DNA from: Chloropicon primus | Taxonomy: Eukaryota | Direction of reading: 5' to 3' | DNA: 64,000 bases | Assembly (NCBI GenBank): GCA_023205875.1 | Contig: CP060758.1 | Coordinates: 62,001 to 126,000 of the forward strand | Shown here: positions 32,041-42,860 of the stretch, piece by piece | How positions within the stretch are numbered: the first letter of the stretch is position 1 | How the letters are laid out: every line of letters begins with the position of its first letter | Program-made: the position numbers and the translations under genes | Notes under the pieces: model-generated | What the model was told of the DNA's origin: nothing | The model's input: the letters and a program-made list of their open reading frames with translations, nothing else | Database searches by the model: none

Positions 32041-34161
32041 TTAGGTTAGGGATTCTGTGGACTCCTCGTTGGAGGAGGAGGACTCGAAGATGTCCACAGC
32101 GTCCTGGAACATCCTGGACTCGTCCTTCTCCGGGAACTTCCTCGGACCACCCCTTTGCTGGAGCCTCTTGTCCCTTCTCTTCTTGGGACGGACCTGGAAA
32201 GCGCTCTCCGTTTTCTTCATCATTTTATCAAAGTTGTCCATGTGCTCCTTGTCGCTCTTCTTGTAACCCAAGAGCTGCCTTATCCAGACGGCCTGCTCCC
32301 CGATCTTGGACAAGTCGACCTCGACGCTCTCCCCGTCGATGGAGAACTGGATGAGGGCGTCTTCGGGCAGGTCCGGCAAGAAGTCTTCCTCGCACTGCGG
32401 CTTGAAGGTCGCGTACTGGTCTCGCTCCACCACGGCCTCCGCGGTGTCCCCTCGGAGCAGGAAATCCAACATTGTCTCCTCCTCCGCGCCCCCGGCCTCC
32501 TCGTCCTCCCGCTTCACGATCATGTCCTCCACCCTCTCCACGCCCAAGGTTTCCTCCAACCTCGCCAGGTCCAGCCTCTCCTCCGCGGGGAGGCTCGCCT
32601 GGTCCTGCTTGAAGCTCAGGTTCCTCCTCAGGTGCTTCGCCAGCTGCACTCGGATGCTCCTGTCGCACAAAAACGCGATGGATTTCTCGAGGAGGTCCGC
32701 CTTGCGGTTGCTCTGCACCTGGAGCTCGTTGATCTCCTCGATGTCGACCTGCTTTGACTTGAGCTTCTTCTCGAGGTCGAACAAGACTTTGCTCATGATC
32801 ATGGGCTTGTACCTCGCGATGAAAGTCCCGGTCTCCTTGTAGTTCACAATCTCTATCCCGTCGACCTCGTCCTGGATCGCCCTCGCCATGTGGGCCAGGT
32901 AATTGCTCAGGACAAACTCGCTGTTGAACTGCTCCTTGAGGTACCAAGTGACCCGGGCCCTCTCCATGGACTGCTGCTCCTGGTCGTGGATCATCCGAAT
33001 GGTCGAGCTGAACATGGCCTTCTCGAGAATTCTCTGCTCGGCCGGCTTCAGCTCGGGAGGGTTCTCGTACTCGAGCCACTCGGCCCTGCCGCCGTCCTCC
33101 GCCGAGGGGCCCGCACTCGAGGAGCTTGAACCCACGCCGTCGCTTCCTGCTTCCCACTCCTCCGCATCCACGAGGGTGCTCTCGATCTCCTCTACCTCTA
33201 ACGAAGAAGGTCTCGCGCTCACCGAGTTTTTCCAAGGGTGGTCCTGCATGGCGTCGAGCCTCGCCCGGAGTTCCCTCGTCCTCTCGTCTCCCTCGACCTC
33301 CTCTTCCGTCCTCTCCATTTCGAAAAGGCTCGCCGTCTCATCGTCGATGACGAAACTCCCTCCCGAGGGCATGTCCAACCCCCCCTTCTCCTCCGCCACC
33401 CCCGCGTCCTCCTTCTCCTCCGCCCAGCCCAAGTTCTTCACCACGCCTTGGATGTTGGTCGGCTTCCCCCCCTTTGCGATGTAAGCGAACCCGCTCCTTT
33501 CGAGTTGCTGCTCTAAATTCCTCAGATTCTCTGGGCTCTCCAGGGAACTCGCGCCGAAGGCCTCGTCCAAGTCCCCCAGAGCCTCCAGGTCGCCCTCCCC
33601 CAGCTCGTCCGCGAAGAGGCTCCCCCCCTCCAAGTCCGGCAGGAGGTTCTGCAACCTTTTCAGCTCACGCGTCGCTTTCGAGTACTTGTGCCACGTCCGG
33701 CCCTTCTTCCTCGCGGCGGTTTCGCTTCCCTCGCTCCTCCACGACTCGCTTCGGGGCGCGCTGCCAGGCGACTCGCTCGAGTCCCCTTCCCCAGTCGTCT
33801 CGCCCTCCGACATGCTGATGCCCAGACCTTCCGCATCTTCAACGTTCCGCTCGACCTCCTGCTCACCCCACAGCCCCGCCACGTCGTCCAAGAAAAAGTC
33901 CTCACCCTCTCCGCTGTCGCCTTCGCGGCCGACCCCTTCCTCCGCCTCGCCCTCCCCCGACGACGACGACGACGCCCTGCACCCCCACGTGCCTCTCCTC
34001 CTCCAGCCACCTTCCCCCCTCGCGGTCCTCCGATCCTTGTCCGCCTGTCTCGCGCACTCCCTGCGCCTCGGCAGCGAAGCCTTCGCCGTCCTCTCGCTCG
34101 ACCCGCCGTGCCTCACCCCTCCGACAACCTTGGCGCCTCGTGCCCTCGCCGTGGTCCTCAT
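32041..34161 (-). CDS. Acidic protein of unknown function, likely organelle-targeted
   Basis: 706-aa ORF with an Arg/Ala/Ser-rich transit-like N-terminus (..WGCRA|SSSS). Confidence 0.7.
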   Translation of the reverse strand: MRTTARARGAKVVGGVRHGGSSERTAKASLPRRRECARQADKDRRTARGEGGWRRRGTWGCRASSSSSGEGEAEEGVGREGDSGEGEDFFLDDVAGLWGEQEVERNVEDAEGLGISMSEGETTGEGDSSESPGSAPRSESWRSEGSETAARKKGRTWHKYSKATRELKRLQNLLPDLEGGSLFADELGEGDLEALGDLDEAFGASSLESPENLRNLEQQLERSGFAYIAKGGKPTNIQGVVKNLGWAEEKEDAGVAEEKGGLDMPSGGSFVIDDETASLFEMERTEEEVEGDERTRELRARLDAMQDHPWKNSVSARPSSLEVEEIESTLVDAEEWEAGSDGVGSSSSSAGPSAEDGGRAEWLEYENPPELKPAEQRILEKAMFSSTIRMIHDQEQQSMERARVTWYLKEQFNSEFVLSNYLAHMARAIQDEVDGIEIVNYKETGTFIARYKPMIMSKVLFDLEKKLKSKQVDIEEINELQVQSNRKADLLEKSIAFLCDRSIRVQLAKHLRRNLSFKQDQASLPAEERLDLARLEETLGVERVEDMIVKREDEEAGGAEEETMLDFLLRGDTAEAVVERDQYATFKPQCEEDFLPDLPEDALIQFSIDGESVEVDLSKIGEQAVWIRQLLGYKKSDKEHMDNFDKMMKKTESAFQVRPKKRRDKRLQQRGGPRKFPEKDESRMFQDAVDIFESSSSNEESTESLT

Positions 34162-34683
34162 CCCGTTCGTTCACCCCAGCAGCAACGCAATGGTCTCGCC
34201 CTTCTTGCCAAGGCCTCCGGTCGCCAAACGGGCCAAGTGAATGGTCTATGGAAAGCCCTGGAGACGCAGCTTGACCTGGTTGCGCTTCTGACAAAATTCT
34301 TCCAGCGCTTCGTTCGGCGTTCCTCGCTGGTTCCTGGATCAGGTGCACTTTTTGCCCCTCCTTCTGCCGCCTTTCTGAGCCTCTAGAAATGGATGAGGCT
34401 AGGGAGCGAGAGAGCGAGGGGAGGAGAGGCCGGAGAGGAGAGGCCGTCACATCACGGGGCAGGGCAGGAGGACCGGACGGGGGGGGTGGATTGGGGGGGT
34501 GCAAGCCCGTGGAATTTGTTCCGAAGACGGGTTGGGTGGGGAGCGGAGAGGAAGGAGGACGGATTGGATGTGGATGCAAGCCCGTGGAAGAGGAGAAAGA
34601 GGAGCGTGGTCTTGGTTTGGTGGACAATCGATTCCGAATCTTGTGCCTCCGTTGTGCTGCTATGGTATTACAAAGCCGAGTTC

Positions 34684-35832
34684 TCAATTGCTGTAGCTCA
34701 AGAGCTTGTGAAGGTTGGAGAGGGTGAAGTGCGGCGCAACCCCAAAGGCGTCCAGTCCGTGGGCGTTCAGTATCTGTTCGATGTCCTTGTTCAATAAAAA
34801 TACAGCGTAGGCAAACCTCGTCCTCTCCCTCTCCACACCCACGTGGTCAATGTACAATGGAAACTTGATGGTTTCCGCCACCGAGGGGGCGCCCCCCTTT
34901 CCGCCTCCCTGCTTGGAGGAGCCGCCCCCCCCCGCGCCGCCCCCGAGCCCCTTGGAGGGGACCACGTCGCAGATGTAGCTCCTGGAGTTCACAGGCTTCA
35001 CTGGGTACCGCAGGGGGATGTCAAAGTACGCCGAGAGGAGCTGCAGGATGTGCGCAACGTACCCCAGGGCCGTTGCGAGCTTCTCCGCGTGGTTCCCGTT
35101 CTCCTGGTCGAGCATAGCCTCCTTATTCTTTTTGATCACGCTGGAGTCCAGCTCCAGCCCGCAGATGCTGATGTTCCTCTGCCGCCTCATGTCGCTGCCC
35201 GGGCTCTGGTACCCCCCTCCGCCGTTCAAGTCGCTGGCCCCCCTGTGGTACGAGCTCGTCGAGGCCCCGCCCTCCCTCGCCGGCGAGGCTGGCGGGCTCC
35301 TGAGGGCATCAATCGTGGAAAGGGAGAAGATGTGTGCCACGCCCTGAGCCAGCTCCCAGCGCCGGAAGGTGAGGTTCTGCTGAATTATGCTGAGTCGATT
35401 GAAAGTCGTGTTGTACATGACGTCCGTGGCCTCAGCGAGGCGGACCCTCGCCGTCTCGATGCCTTCCATGGCCCTGAGAACCTTCGCTTTCTTCGCCGCG
35501 AGCTCGGCCCTCTGCTGCGACACCTTCCGCCTCCCCTCCACCAGCTTCAGCTCCACCACACGCCTCGCCGCAGTCGCTTCCAGCAGCCTCTTCTTCGCCG
35601 CGTCCACCTCCACTGCATTACCCCTGCTGGACGACGACGAATACTCCGCCGTCTCCTCGGGCGGCAAGGTCTCTGCAAGCTTGGCAAATATTCCAGCCTT
35701 CCTGGCGCTGCAGTCGTCATAAAGCGCCAGCTGGTCCCTGATCCCATTCAAGCGATCGACCGTCTCCCTCCGCGCGGCAGTCCACTCGCTCTCCACGGAC
35801 GGCGACGAGATCACGCCTCTGTCTGTGTTCAT
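34684..35832 (-). CDS. UVRAG/VPS38/ATG14-family coiled-coil plus BARA-like protein
   Basis: Coiled coil, then SICGL.L, ATALGYVAH...LSAYFDIPLRYP, FPLY, RFAYAVFLLNKDIEQ. Start may be further upstream. Confidence 0.82.
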   Translation of the reverse strand: MNTDRGVISSPSVESEWTAARRETVDRLNGIRDQLALYDDCSARKAGIFAKLAETLPPEETAEYSSSSSRGNAVEVDAAKKRLLEATAARRVVELKLVEGRRKVSQQRAELAAKKAKVLRAMEGIETARVRLAEATDVMYNTTFNRLSIIQQNLTFRRWELAQGVAHIFSLSTIDALRSPPASPAREGGASTSSYHRGASDLNGGGGYQSPGSDMRRQRNISICGLELDSSVIKKNKEAMLDQENGNHAEKLATALGYVAHILQLLSAYFDIPLRYPVKPVNSRSYICDVVPSKGLGGGAGGGGSSKQGGGKGGAPSVAETIKFPLYIDHVGVERERTRFAYAVFLLNKDIEQILNAHGLDAFGVAPHFTLSNLHKLLSYSN

Positions 35833-36721
35833 GGTCTCTCCCTCTTCCAAGGAGAGGAGTCGGTCGTCTTCCGCTGTCCCCTCTCTTCCGTTCTGGGCAA
35901 CAGAACGCGGCGGGCGTTGCTCGGCCTCGCAATGGATTCCCTCGTGCCCCCCAACCCCCTCCTCGCGCGCCTCGTCCTCTCCCTCCCTCCTCCGCCCGAT
36001 GCGAACCCTTCCTCCTCCTTCCTCCTTCACCTCCCCCGCTCGGGCTTTCCCATCTCAATCCCAGGAACGAGGGCGAGGAGAGGCAAGGTGATGGATGGAT
36101 GGTTGGGGAGGGGAGGACAGGGCAGGGGAGGGCAGGGAAGTGATCTCTCTCTCTCTCTCTCTTTCATTCACACACACACTATGTGGATCCCTATCCCTCA
36201 GCCTTGCCGTGCTCAAGGTTTTGATCAAGAGGAGGGAGGGAGGGCTTGGCTTCCCTGGAGAAGGAGGGAAGCAGACGGTCCCCGTGCTCAGCAACGCAGG
36301 GAGAGGGGGATCACGTCCCTCTCCATGTATGTGTGTGTGTGTGTGTGCGCGTGCGTGCGTGTGGAGAATGGTGAAGGGCCAACACTGATGGTGATGGTGA
36401 TGGTGAAGAGGAATCGGGCAAGTCTCACCAGACTGGTCGGACTCGAGCAACAAGACAACCTCCTGGTTTTGTTCTCTTGTCCACCTGATCCTGCCTCCTT
36501 GCATGAAGAGCGGAAACAACACGTTCCATAAGCCGGTAAAAAGAAGAAGAAGTGGATAGGTAGGTAGGTAGGCATAAACCACCACACATTACCACTCCTC
36601 TCCCCAACCATCATGCCCCCTCCCTCCTCATCCATCATGCCTCCTCCTCATCCATCATGATTGAGCGCCAGGTGGATTCCGATTTTCACTTTTTGGATAG
36701 AGTCGCTCTCGCCTCTCCGCG

Positions 36722-37943
36722 ATGAGGGTTAGCAGGACAACCTTGAGGCCTCGAGGGGTGAAGCAGAGCGCGCGAGCGAGCGCATCCTCCTCCTCCTCCT
36801 CCTCCTCCTCCTCCCCCTCGGCTCCTCCTCCCCTCCACCGCGTCGAGCGGAGGAAAGGCTTGCGACTGCAAGCGACGGAAAGAGCTGGTGATGGCGTTGT
36901 TGATGCTGATGGCACCAGGACGAGGAGGGGTACCTCGCTCGAGGTGAGCGGGGGGGAAGAATCGGCGATGTTCGAATGGAGTGAGGAGAGTCCGCGGAGC
37001 TGGTTCGCGTTCTTCTCGCTCCTCGCGGTGGTCTTCGCCGGCCTCTACGTGGCTTGGATAGATCCGGACTCTGGTATGGGGACGCCTTTCGTGGATGCAG
37101 TGGAGAGCATCTCAAGCAATCACGAGGTGAGTCGTCTCGGGTTCTCGGTATTGTTCGACATGGGACTGACGATGCTTTACTTGGCTCCTCTCGTGTCCTC
37201 CCAGCTTGTGATGATGATCTTGCTCGTGATCTTTGGAGTGGCACACAGCGGCCTCGCTGCGCTGAGGCCTGCGGGAGAGAAGCTGGTTGGGGAGCGGGCC
37301 TACAGGGTGGGGTTTGCCCTCGTCAGTCTGCCTCTGGCCTTGACGACGGTGATGTACTTCATAAATCATCGGTACTCCGGGATTCCGTTGTACGACCTGA
37401 GGGACGTTCCTGGCGTCCACGAGACGGTCTGGTTGCTTTCGTTCGCCTCCTTCTTCTTCCTTTATCCATCCACCTTTAACATTCTTGAAGTGGCCGCGGT
37501 GGACGTGCCCAAGGTTCACTTGTGGGAGACCGGCGTCATTCGAATCACGAGGCACCCTCAGGTAGGATGATCCCGCATTGCGCGAGGACTCTTCGTCCGC
37601 GCCGCTTTCGCTCCAGGCACTGATGAACGTTTTTTTGCTCCTCTCTAACGTTTCGCAGATGGTGGGGCAGGTTTTATGGTCTCTGGCGCATTGCCTCTGG
37701 ATGGGGAACTCGTTTGCGTGGGTCACCTCGTTTGGACTGTGCGCCTACCACCTGTTTGGCTGCTGGCACGGAGACCGGAGACTCCAAAGCAAGTTCGGGC
37801 CTCGTGCTTCTGTCGCGACTGGGCTCGAGGCATTGCATCGGCAATTGAATCACAATCCATTGGGATGGACATGCATGTGCGTTGTGTCTCTCGAAGAGGG
37901 AGGTCAACTTTCCTTCGCAATCATCAGAAATTTCAAAACATGA
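36722..37943 (+). CDS. Z-ISO: 15-cis-zeta-carotene isomerase (NnrU family); introns 37127-37204 and 37561-37658; C-terminus appears replaced after about 37800
   Basis: HSGLAALR..GEKLVGERAYRV, YFINHRY, FLYPSTFN.LEVAAVD.PKVHLWETG..RITRHPQ|MVGQ..W.LAH...HLFGCWHGDRRL. Confidence 0.9.
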
Positions 37944-38391
37944 TCACGTGCTCCCTCGGCCCTGGAGCTTGTTCATTGTTGTACAATGATGATCCCATTG
38001 ATGGGATGAGAGTCAAGAAAAGGAACAAGGAACCCAGGAACCCAAACCAATCTATAATATTTGTCCCTCCAGGATCCTGATAGGACATCTCCTTCTCGTT
38101 CTCGTTCTCGTTCTCGTTCTCGTTCTCGTTCTCCTTGATTCTCCCTCGCTGTTGTGGGGGGTTGATCCCAAGGACATTTTCTTGGACTTTGTGCAGGATT
38201 AGGCGAGACGCGTGGCCCAGAGGAGAGACAGAGACGAGAACAGGAACGAAAGAGAAGCAAGCGAGGAAGACCAAGCAAGCGAAGGGATCCAGGAGCACGA
38301 GGGGGATCGGACCTTGTGGACCAAGACACGGCCAAGAGGCCCAGCAACCCACCTTTGCGTCCCTTCCCTCGAAACACGAGGTCGAGGTATC

Positions 38392-40576
38392 ATGGAAAGG
38401 GAGAGGAGAAGGTTCAGTGTGAAGCCCTGTGGGGGAGTCGTTTTTATGTAAGTAGACGAAACCGAGGAACGCGACAAGGGATGCGGGTATGGAGCGAGGG
38501 TATGCAGAGGGGTTTGGGGAGTACGCTAGGGGTTCTCTTCGAATCAAGATGCCCATCTTTGGACCGAGAACCAAACTTTTTTCCGTCTCTATCTTGGGTT
38601 GTGGTGGATACCTTGGCCGTGGGAAGCTTTTCCTTTCGTTAGCGCGCTGGACTCCCTTGACTTCACCCTCTGATACAAATGTTCGCTTCGCTCTGCTTTT
38701 CTTTTCATCACAGAATCGACACGTCCGCGTCCATGCTGAATGGGGACTTTGGGCCATCGCGATGGGTGGCACAGAAGGTGAGTCTCGCGCGATGAAAACC
38801 GCGTCAAGGAAGAAGAAGAAAGACCAACGAAAAAAACCAAGAGACCAAGGACTGACAATCACCTCGCGTGCTCTTAAAGACTCTGGTGCAGAACATCTGC
38901 GACTCGATATTGTCCGGGTCGCCTGAGAAGCAGCTGTCGAGCTTCTTCGGCCTGGTTCACTCCAACACCAGCAAGACGGCCTTGGGAGTCCTCCCGTGCA
39001 AAGGGAATTATCTCTCCCTGATGGAATCGCTCGAGAGCTTGACGTACAACGCGGAAGAAGACAACTCGATCGACTTGTCCAAGTCTTTGAGACTCCTCAA
39101 GGTATGCTGGTCCCACTCCATCGCCCTGTTCTTGCTTGAGCCAAGCGGCACTAACGTCGGCAAATCGCGACTCCTCAGCTCTCTCTCAAACAAGAAGGAA
39201 GGGCTCCACCGAGGGTGGTCATCCTCACCTCAAGCGTCCCCTCTTGCGAGGAGCCACTCGTCAAGATCTCTGACAAGGTTGGCAGAGTGGACTGCATTTA
39301 CTTGAGAGGTGCGAACGAGAACGCAGAAGAGGAGGCGGACATGCGCGAGTACTGCGCTCAGCATTTTGGGAAGCTTTTGTGTTTGGATCCATTTGACGCA
39401 TACGGGCAGGAGACCTGGGAGTGGCAGGAGGACTTGCTTTGTCAGCTCGCCCTATCCCACAAGGAGCGCTCCTGTCCGTTCGATTTCAATGCCGAGGAGG
39501 GGAGCACGAGGTTCTCCCACCAACGGGGCTTGCGGTTTCCCGATCCCCATGGAAAGTCCAGGTCGACAATGAAAATGGTGGACTCTTGCCGAGGGGAGAG
39601 CCTGGACAGCTACCAGCACTTGAGCTCGGACGGGTTTGCGCATTCGTGGCTGCCATCGTACAGCAACCTGGCTAAGAAGTACGAAGAGAAGGTGCTGCCT
39701 GGTGCCTGGTACCTGGTGATCATGGACTCTCTGTGCAAGTGGCAGACCGTTTTCTCCTGCAAGGCTGGACGGATGGTTTCCAAGGCCAGCAGACATGAGC
39801 CCGGCAAGAGAGTCCTGGAGCCCAGGCCGAGGAGAGGCCTCCTGAAGCTGCTTTACTCTGCCGACATCGACTCGTGGTGCATGCAGTGGAAGCAGGATGA
39901 CGAGTCTGAGGTGGTGCAGGGTCTGCCGCCATTGGTGGCGAGGGAAAGGGAGCCCGAGGACGAGCTCTCGATCAGGTTCACGGGTCCATCGAAGATCAAA
40001 TTGGAGGCCGTGCCCTGCGAAACGGGTGAGGTCATAGGAGCTCACTTAGTTTCGACCCCGTACAAGAGGCAGCACGTCTTCTTTTGGCTGCAGGAGGAGT
40101 TCACCTCGGAGCACGGGGGAGGGGCCAAGGGCCTGGTGAGAAAGCTAGAGGATGCGATTCGGAAGGAGGGTCAGGAGCACACCAGCTCGAGCAGGAACCC
40201 ACTCCTCACGATAGGTTCGGAGAAGATACAGTTTGAGAGTGTCCTCTTGAATCTCATGTCGTCCTGCAACAGCAAGACGCAGCAGGCTCGTTGTCCGATC
40301 TCCGGAAAGAGGGGAGATGGGGGAATGCTGAACGCCAAGGAGAGCAACGAGTCTGAAATGGGCGCGATGGAGGAAGAGGATGACCTAGACAAGGGCTTCT
40401 ATAGCTGGACAGCAAAACTTGACGCGGACCTGACAGATGTTGAGAGGAAGCTTGGCTCAGAATCTAACTTGGCTCAGATGCAGACCTCTCACAAGGCGCC
40501 TCCCACGGCTGCTGGCGTCCCCCCAGGAACAGAGGTGAACGAGGAGGACTCCTCCATGCTATTCGAGTTGGACTGA
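38392..40576 (+). CDS. RPN10-like vWA domain fused to RPN13-like Pru domain; introns 38448-38713, 38778-38879, 39102-39178
   Basis: Spliced VVFIIDTSASMLNGDFGPSRWVAQK|TLVQNIC...PE...|LSLKQ...RVVILTSS, and later FSCKAGRM...RVLEPRPRRGLLKL...CMQWK...FFWLQE. Confidence 0.72.
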
Positions 40577-40672
40577 TTACTGTAAAGCCCCTTGTATTTT
40601 TAATCTCTCTATATATATTATTAACGGACATGTCGTTGGAAAGCCATATCTTACAACGATGTTGATAAAGGT

Positions 40673-42274
40673 TCACACGTCGGCAGGAGATTCCCACTCG
40701 TCGATTTCCGACTCAGCAGGGTCTTCTACCGGGTTGCGGCGCGTTGACATCTGCCGCTTTCGCCTAGGCGCGCGAGAAGTCTGCTCGTCCCTCTTCCTCT
40801 TCGCATCCTCCTCTCGCTTCTGATTCAGCTTCCTTTGTTTATCTCGTTCCGCTCGTCCTCGCTCCCGTTCCAACCTTTTCTTCTGAGATTCGAGGGCCGT
40901 GGTTACCTTCTTGAGCCTCTTGGTCAGTCCATCTGTATTGGGCCAATCATCATCTGCCTTGGACTCTTCCACTGGTTCTTTTCCCTCCGCAGACCCATTC
41001 TTCGCATCTTGCTCCTCCTTCTCGCGCTTCTTTCGAGTGTGGACGCAAGACACGCATTGGCAGCCCTCTTTGTGCCTAAACTGCTCCCTCTTCTTCAAGT
41101 TGGCCTCCACGTTGGTCTCATCACGGGTAAAAGCCTCTGCGTACTCGGGGTCGTTCCTGATCTTATCGAACGCCCCGTAGCCGTGCTTGTAGACGCCAAA
41201 GAGCAAGGCCTTGTCCGCTGCCGTGGACCACCATTCAATTGGAGGCGAGCTGTCCGCCATGGTGGCCATCAGGTCTTCGAACTGTTCGATTTTGGACTCA
41301 TCCATACCCATCAGAGCAGCTTCATTGATCAAATCCATAAGCCTCAGCTTTCTCAGCCACGACAACCCAAGCTTGTCTATTTTCGGCCAAGGGTTCGAGA
41401 GCTCCGGGATCGCTATGGCGCCTTCCTCCTTGTACTCACTAATCTTGCGGATAGCGAAGGCGTCCTCCTTAGGCACGGGGCCGGGGCGAGCTGCTCCTGC
41501 GCCCTTCTTCCCCTCCCCCGTCGCCCCCTCCCCGTCTTCCCCCTCCTTCTCTTGCTTCTCCTTCTCCTTTTTCAACTTGGCCTCCCTCAGCTGATCCTGA
41601 GACTCCTTGAGAGCCACGAGCAAGGTGTAGGTCAAGTTGCGTATGTCGTGCACGCCGTGAACCAGCTGCGTGTGCTCCTCCAGGAGCTGCTTCTGGATCC
41701 TCCCCCACTCTCCCATCCCGTACGTCAGGAGGATCTTCCTCAGCTTGTCCTGCTCGTACTTCCTCCACTCCTTGCCAGTGCTCTCCGGAATGTCCTTCTG
41801 CAAAGACCAGCCCACCTTCTTGTTGCAGGGCCTGTTCTTCGTCCCCAGCTCCACCCCGTGCCCACTGGTGCCGTTAGGATACAAGTTCTTCGCCTTGGCC
41901 TCCTTCTTCGCCATCCTTTGCCTCTGCCTGCTCCTCCTCTTCAAATCATCACGCCACTTCCGCTGGTCCACTTGAATCCTCTCCAGCTTGCTCTTCGTTT
42001 GCCTCTCCAGCAGTTCCGCCCACAACTCGATCCCACGTTTCCGTCGCGAAGGGTCACTCCCCAACCCACGCGAAGAAGACAAAACCCTTTCGTAGACATC
42101 TTCCAGCTTCTCCGTCTCTATGGCGGACACGGACACGCCCTCCGTTCCGTCCACCTCCTCCCACAGCCCCTCCGTCATCCTCCCTCCCCTCAAGAAGCTT
42201 CGGCTTCGCTTCAACGACGACCGCCACACCCCAACGCCTCGACTCCCTTCCGCTTCCTCCAAATCCCCATCCAT
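40673..42274 (-). CDS. CHD-remodeler C-terminal (SANT/SLIDE-like) region without ATPase
   Basis: W..YEQDKLRKILLTYGMGEWGRI, WWSTAADKALLFGVYKHGYGAFDKIRNDP, WPNTDGLTKRLKK resemble CHD6-9-type C-terminal motifs. Start uncertain. Confidence 0.7.
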   Translation of the reverse strand: MDGDLEEAEGSRGVGVWRSSLKRSRSFLRGGRMTEGLWEEVDGTEGVSVSAIETEKLEDVYERVLSSSRGLGSDPSRRKRGIELWAELLERQTKSKLERIQVDQRKWRDDLKRRSRQRQRMAKKEAKAKNLYPNGTSGHGVELGTKNRPCNKKVGWSLQKDIPESTGKEWRKYEQDKLRKILLTYGMGEWGRIQKQLLEEHTQLVHGVHDIRNLTYTLLVALKESQDQLREAKLKKEKEKQEKEGEDGEGATGEGKKGAGAARPGPVPKEDAFAIRKISEYKEEGAIAIPELSNPWPKIDKLGLSWLRKLRLMDLINEAALMGMDESKIEQFEDLMATMADSSPPIEWWSTAADKALLFGVYKHGYGAFDKIRNDPEYAEAFTRDETNVEANLKKREQFRHKEGCQCVSCVHTRKKREKEEQDAKNGSAEGKEPVEESKADDDWPNTDGLTKRLKKVTTALESQKKRLERERGRAERDKQRKLNQKREEDAKRKRDEQTSRAPRRKRQMSTRRNPVEDPAESEIDEWESPADV

Positions 42275-42294
42275 CAGTGGAGGAGGCCAGGCAT

Positions 42295-42325
<31 letters not shown>

Positions 42326-42677
42326 TGTGTCAGAGTGTGAGAGGGTGAGGGTGGTGGAGGACAATACAATGTCTGCATCCTTCACCACCATTCATCATGA
42401 CTACGCTTCCGCTTCCTCCAAATCCCCATCCCCATCGAGGATCAGAGGAGGATGAGGCATCATCCATCATCAGTGGAGGAGGCCAGGCATGAGAGAGAGA
42501 AAGAGAGAGAGAGACTGTGTGTCAGAGTGTGAGAGGATGAGGGTGGTGGAGGACAATACAATGTCTGCATCCTTCACCACCATTCATCATGACTACGCTT
42601 CCGCTTCCTCCAAATCCCCATCCCCATCGAGGATCAGAGGAGGATGAGGCATCATCCATCAGTGGAGGAGGCCAGGC

Positions 42678-42713
<36 letters not shown>

Positions 42714-42860
42714 GTGTCAGAGTGTGAGAGGGTGAGGGTGGTGGAGGACAATACAATGTCTGCATCCTTCACCACCATTCATCATGACTACGCTTCCGCT
42801 TCCTCCAAATCCTCATCCCCATCGAGGATCAGATCAGCATCATCCATCATCAGTGGATGA
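42247..42860. repeat. ~190-bp tandem repeat (about 3.2 copies) with embedded (GA)n of variable length
   Basis: ACAATACAATGTCTGCATCC at about 42361, 42553 and 42749. Confidence 0.92.

Noticed and set aside
37986..38080. Box C/D snoRNA (ATGATGA ... CTGA)
   Set aside because: No terminal stem and no recognisable rRNA-complementary guide; the motifs could be chance.
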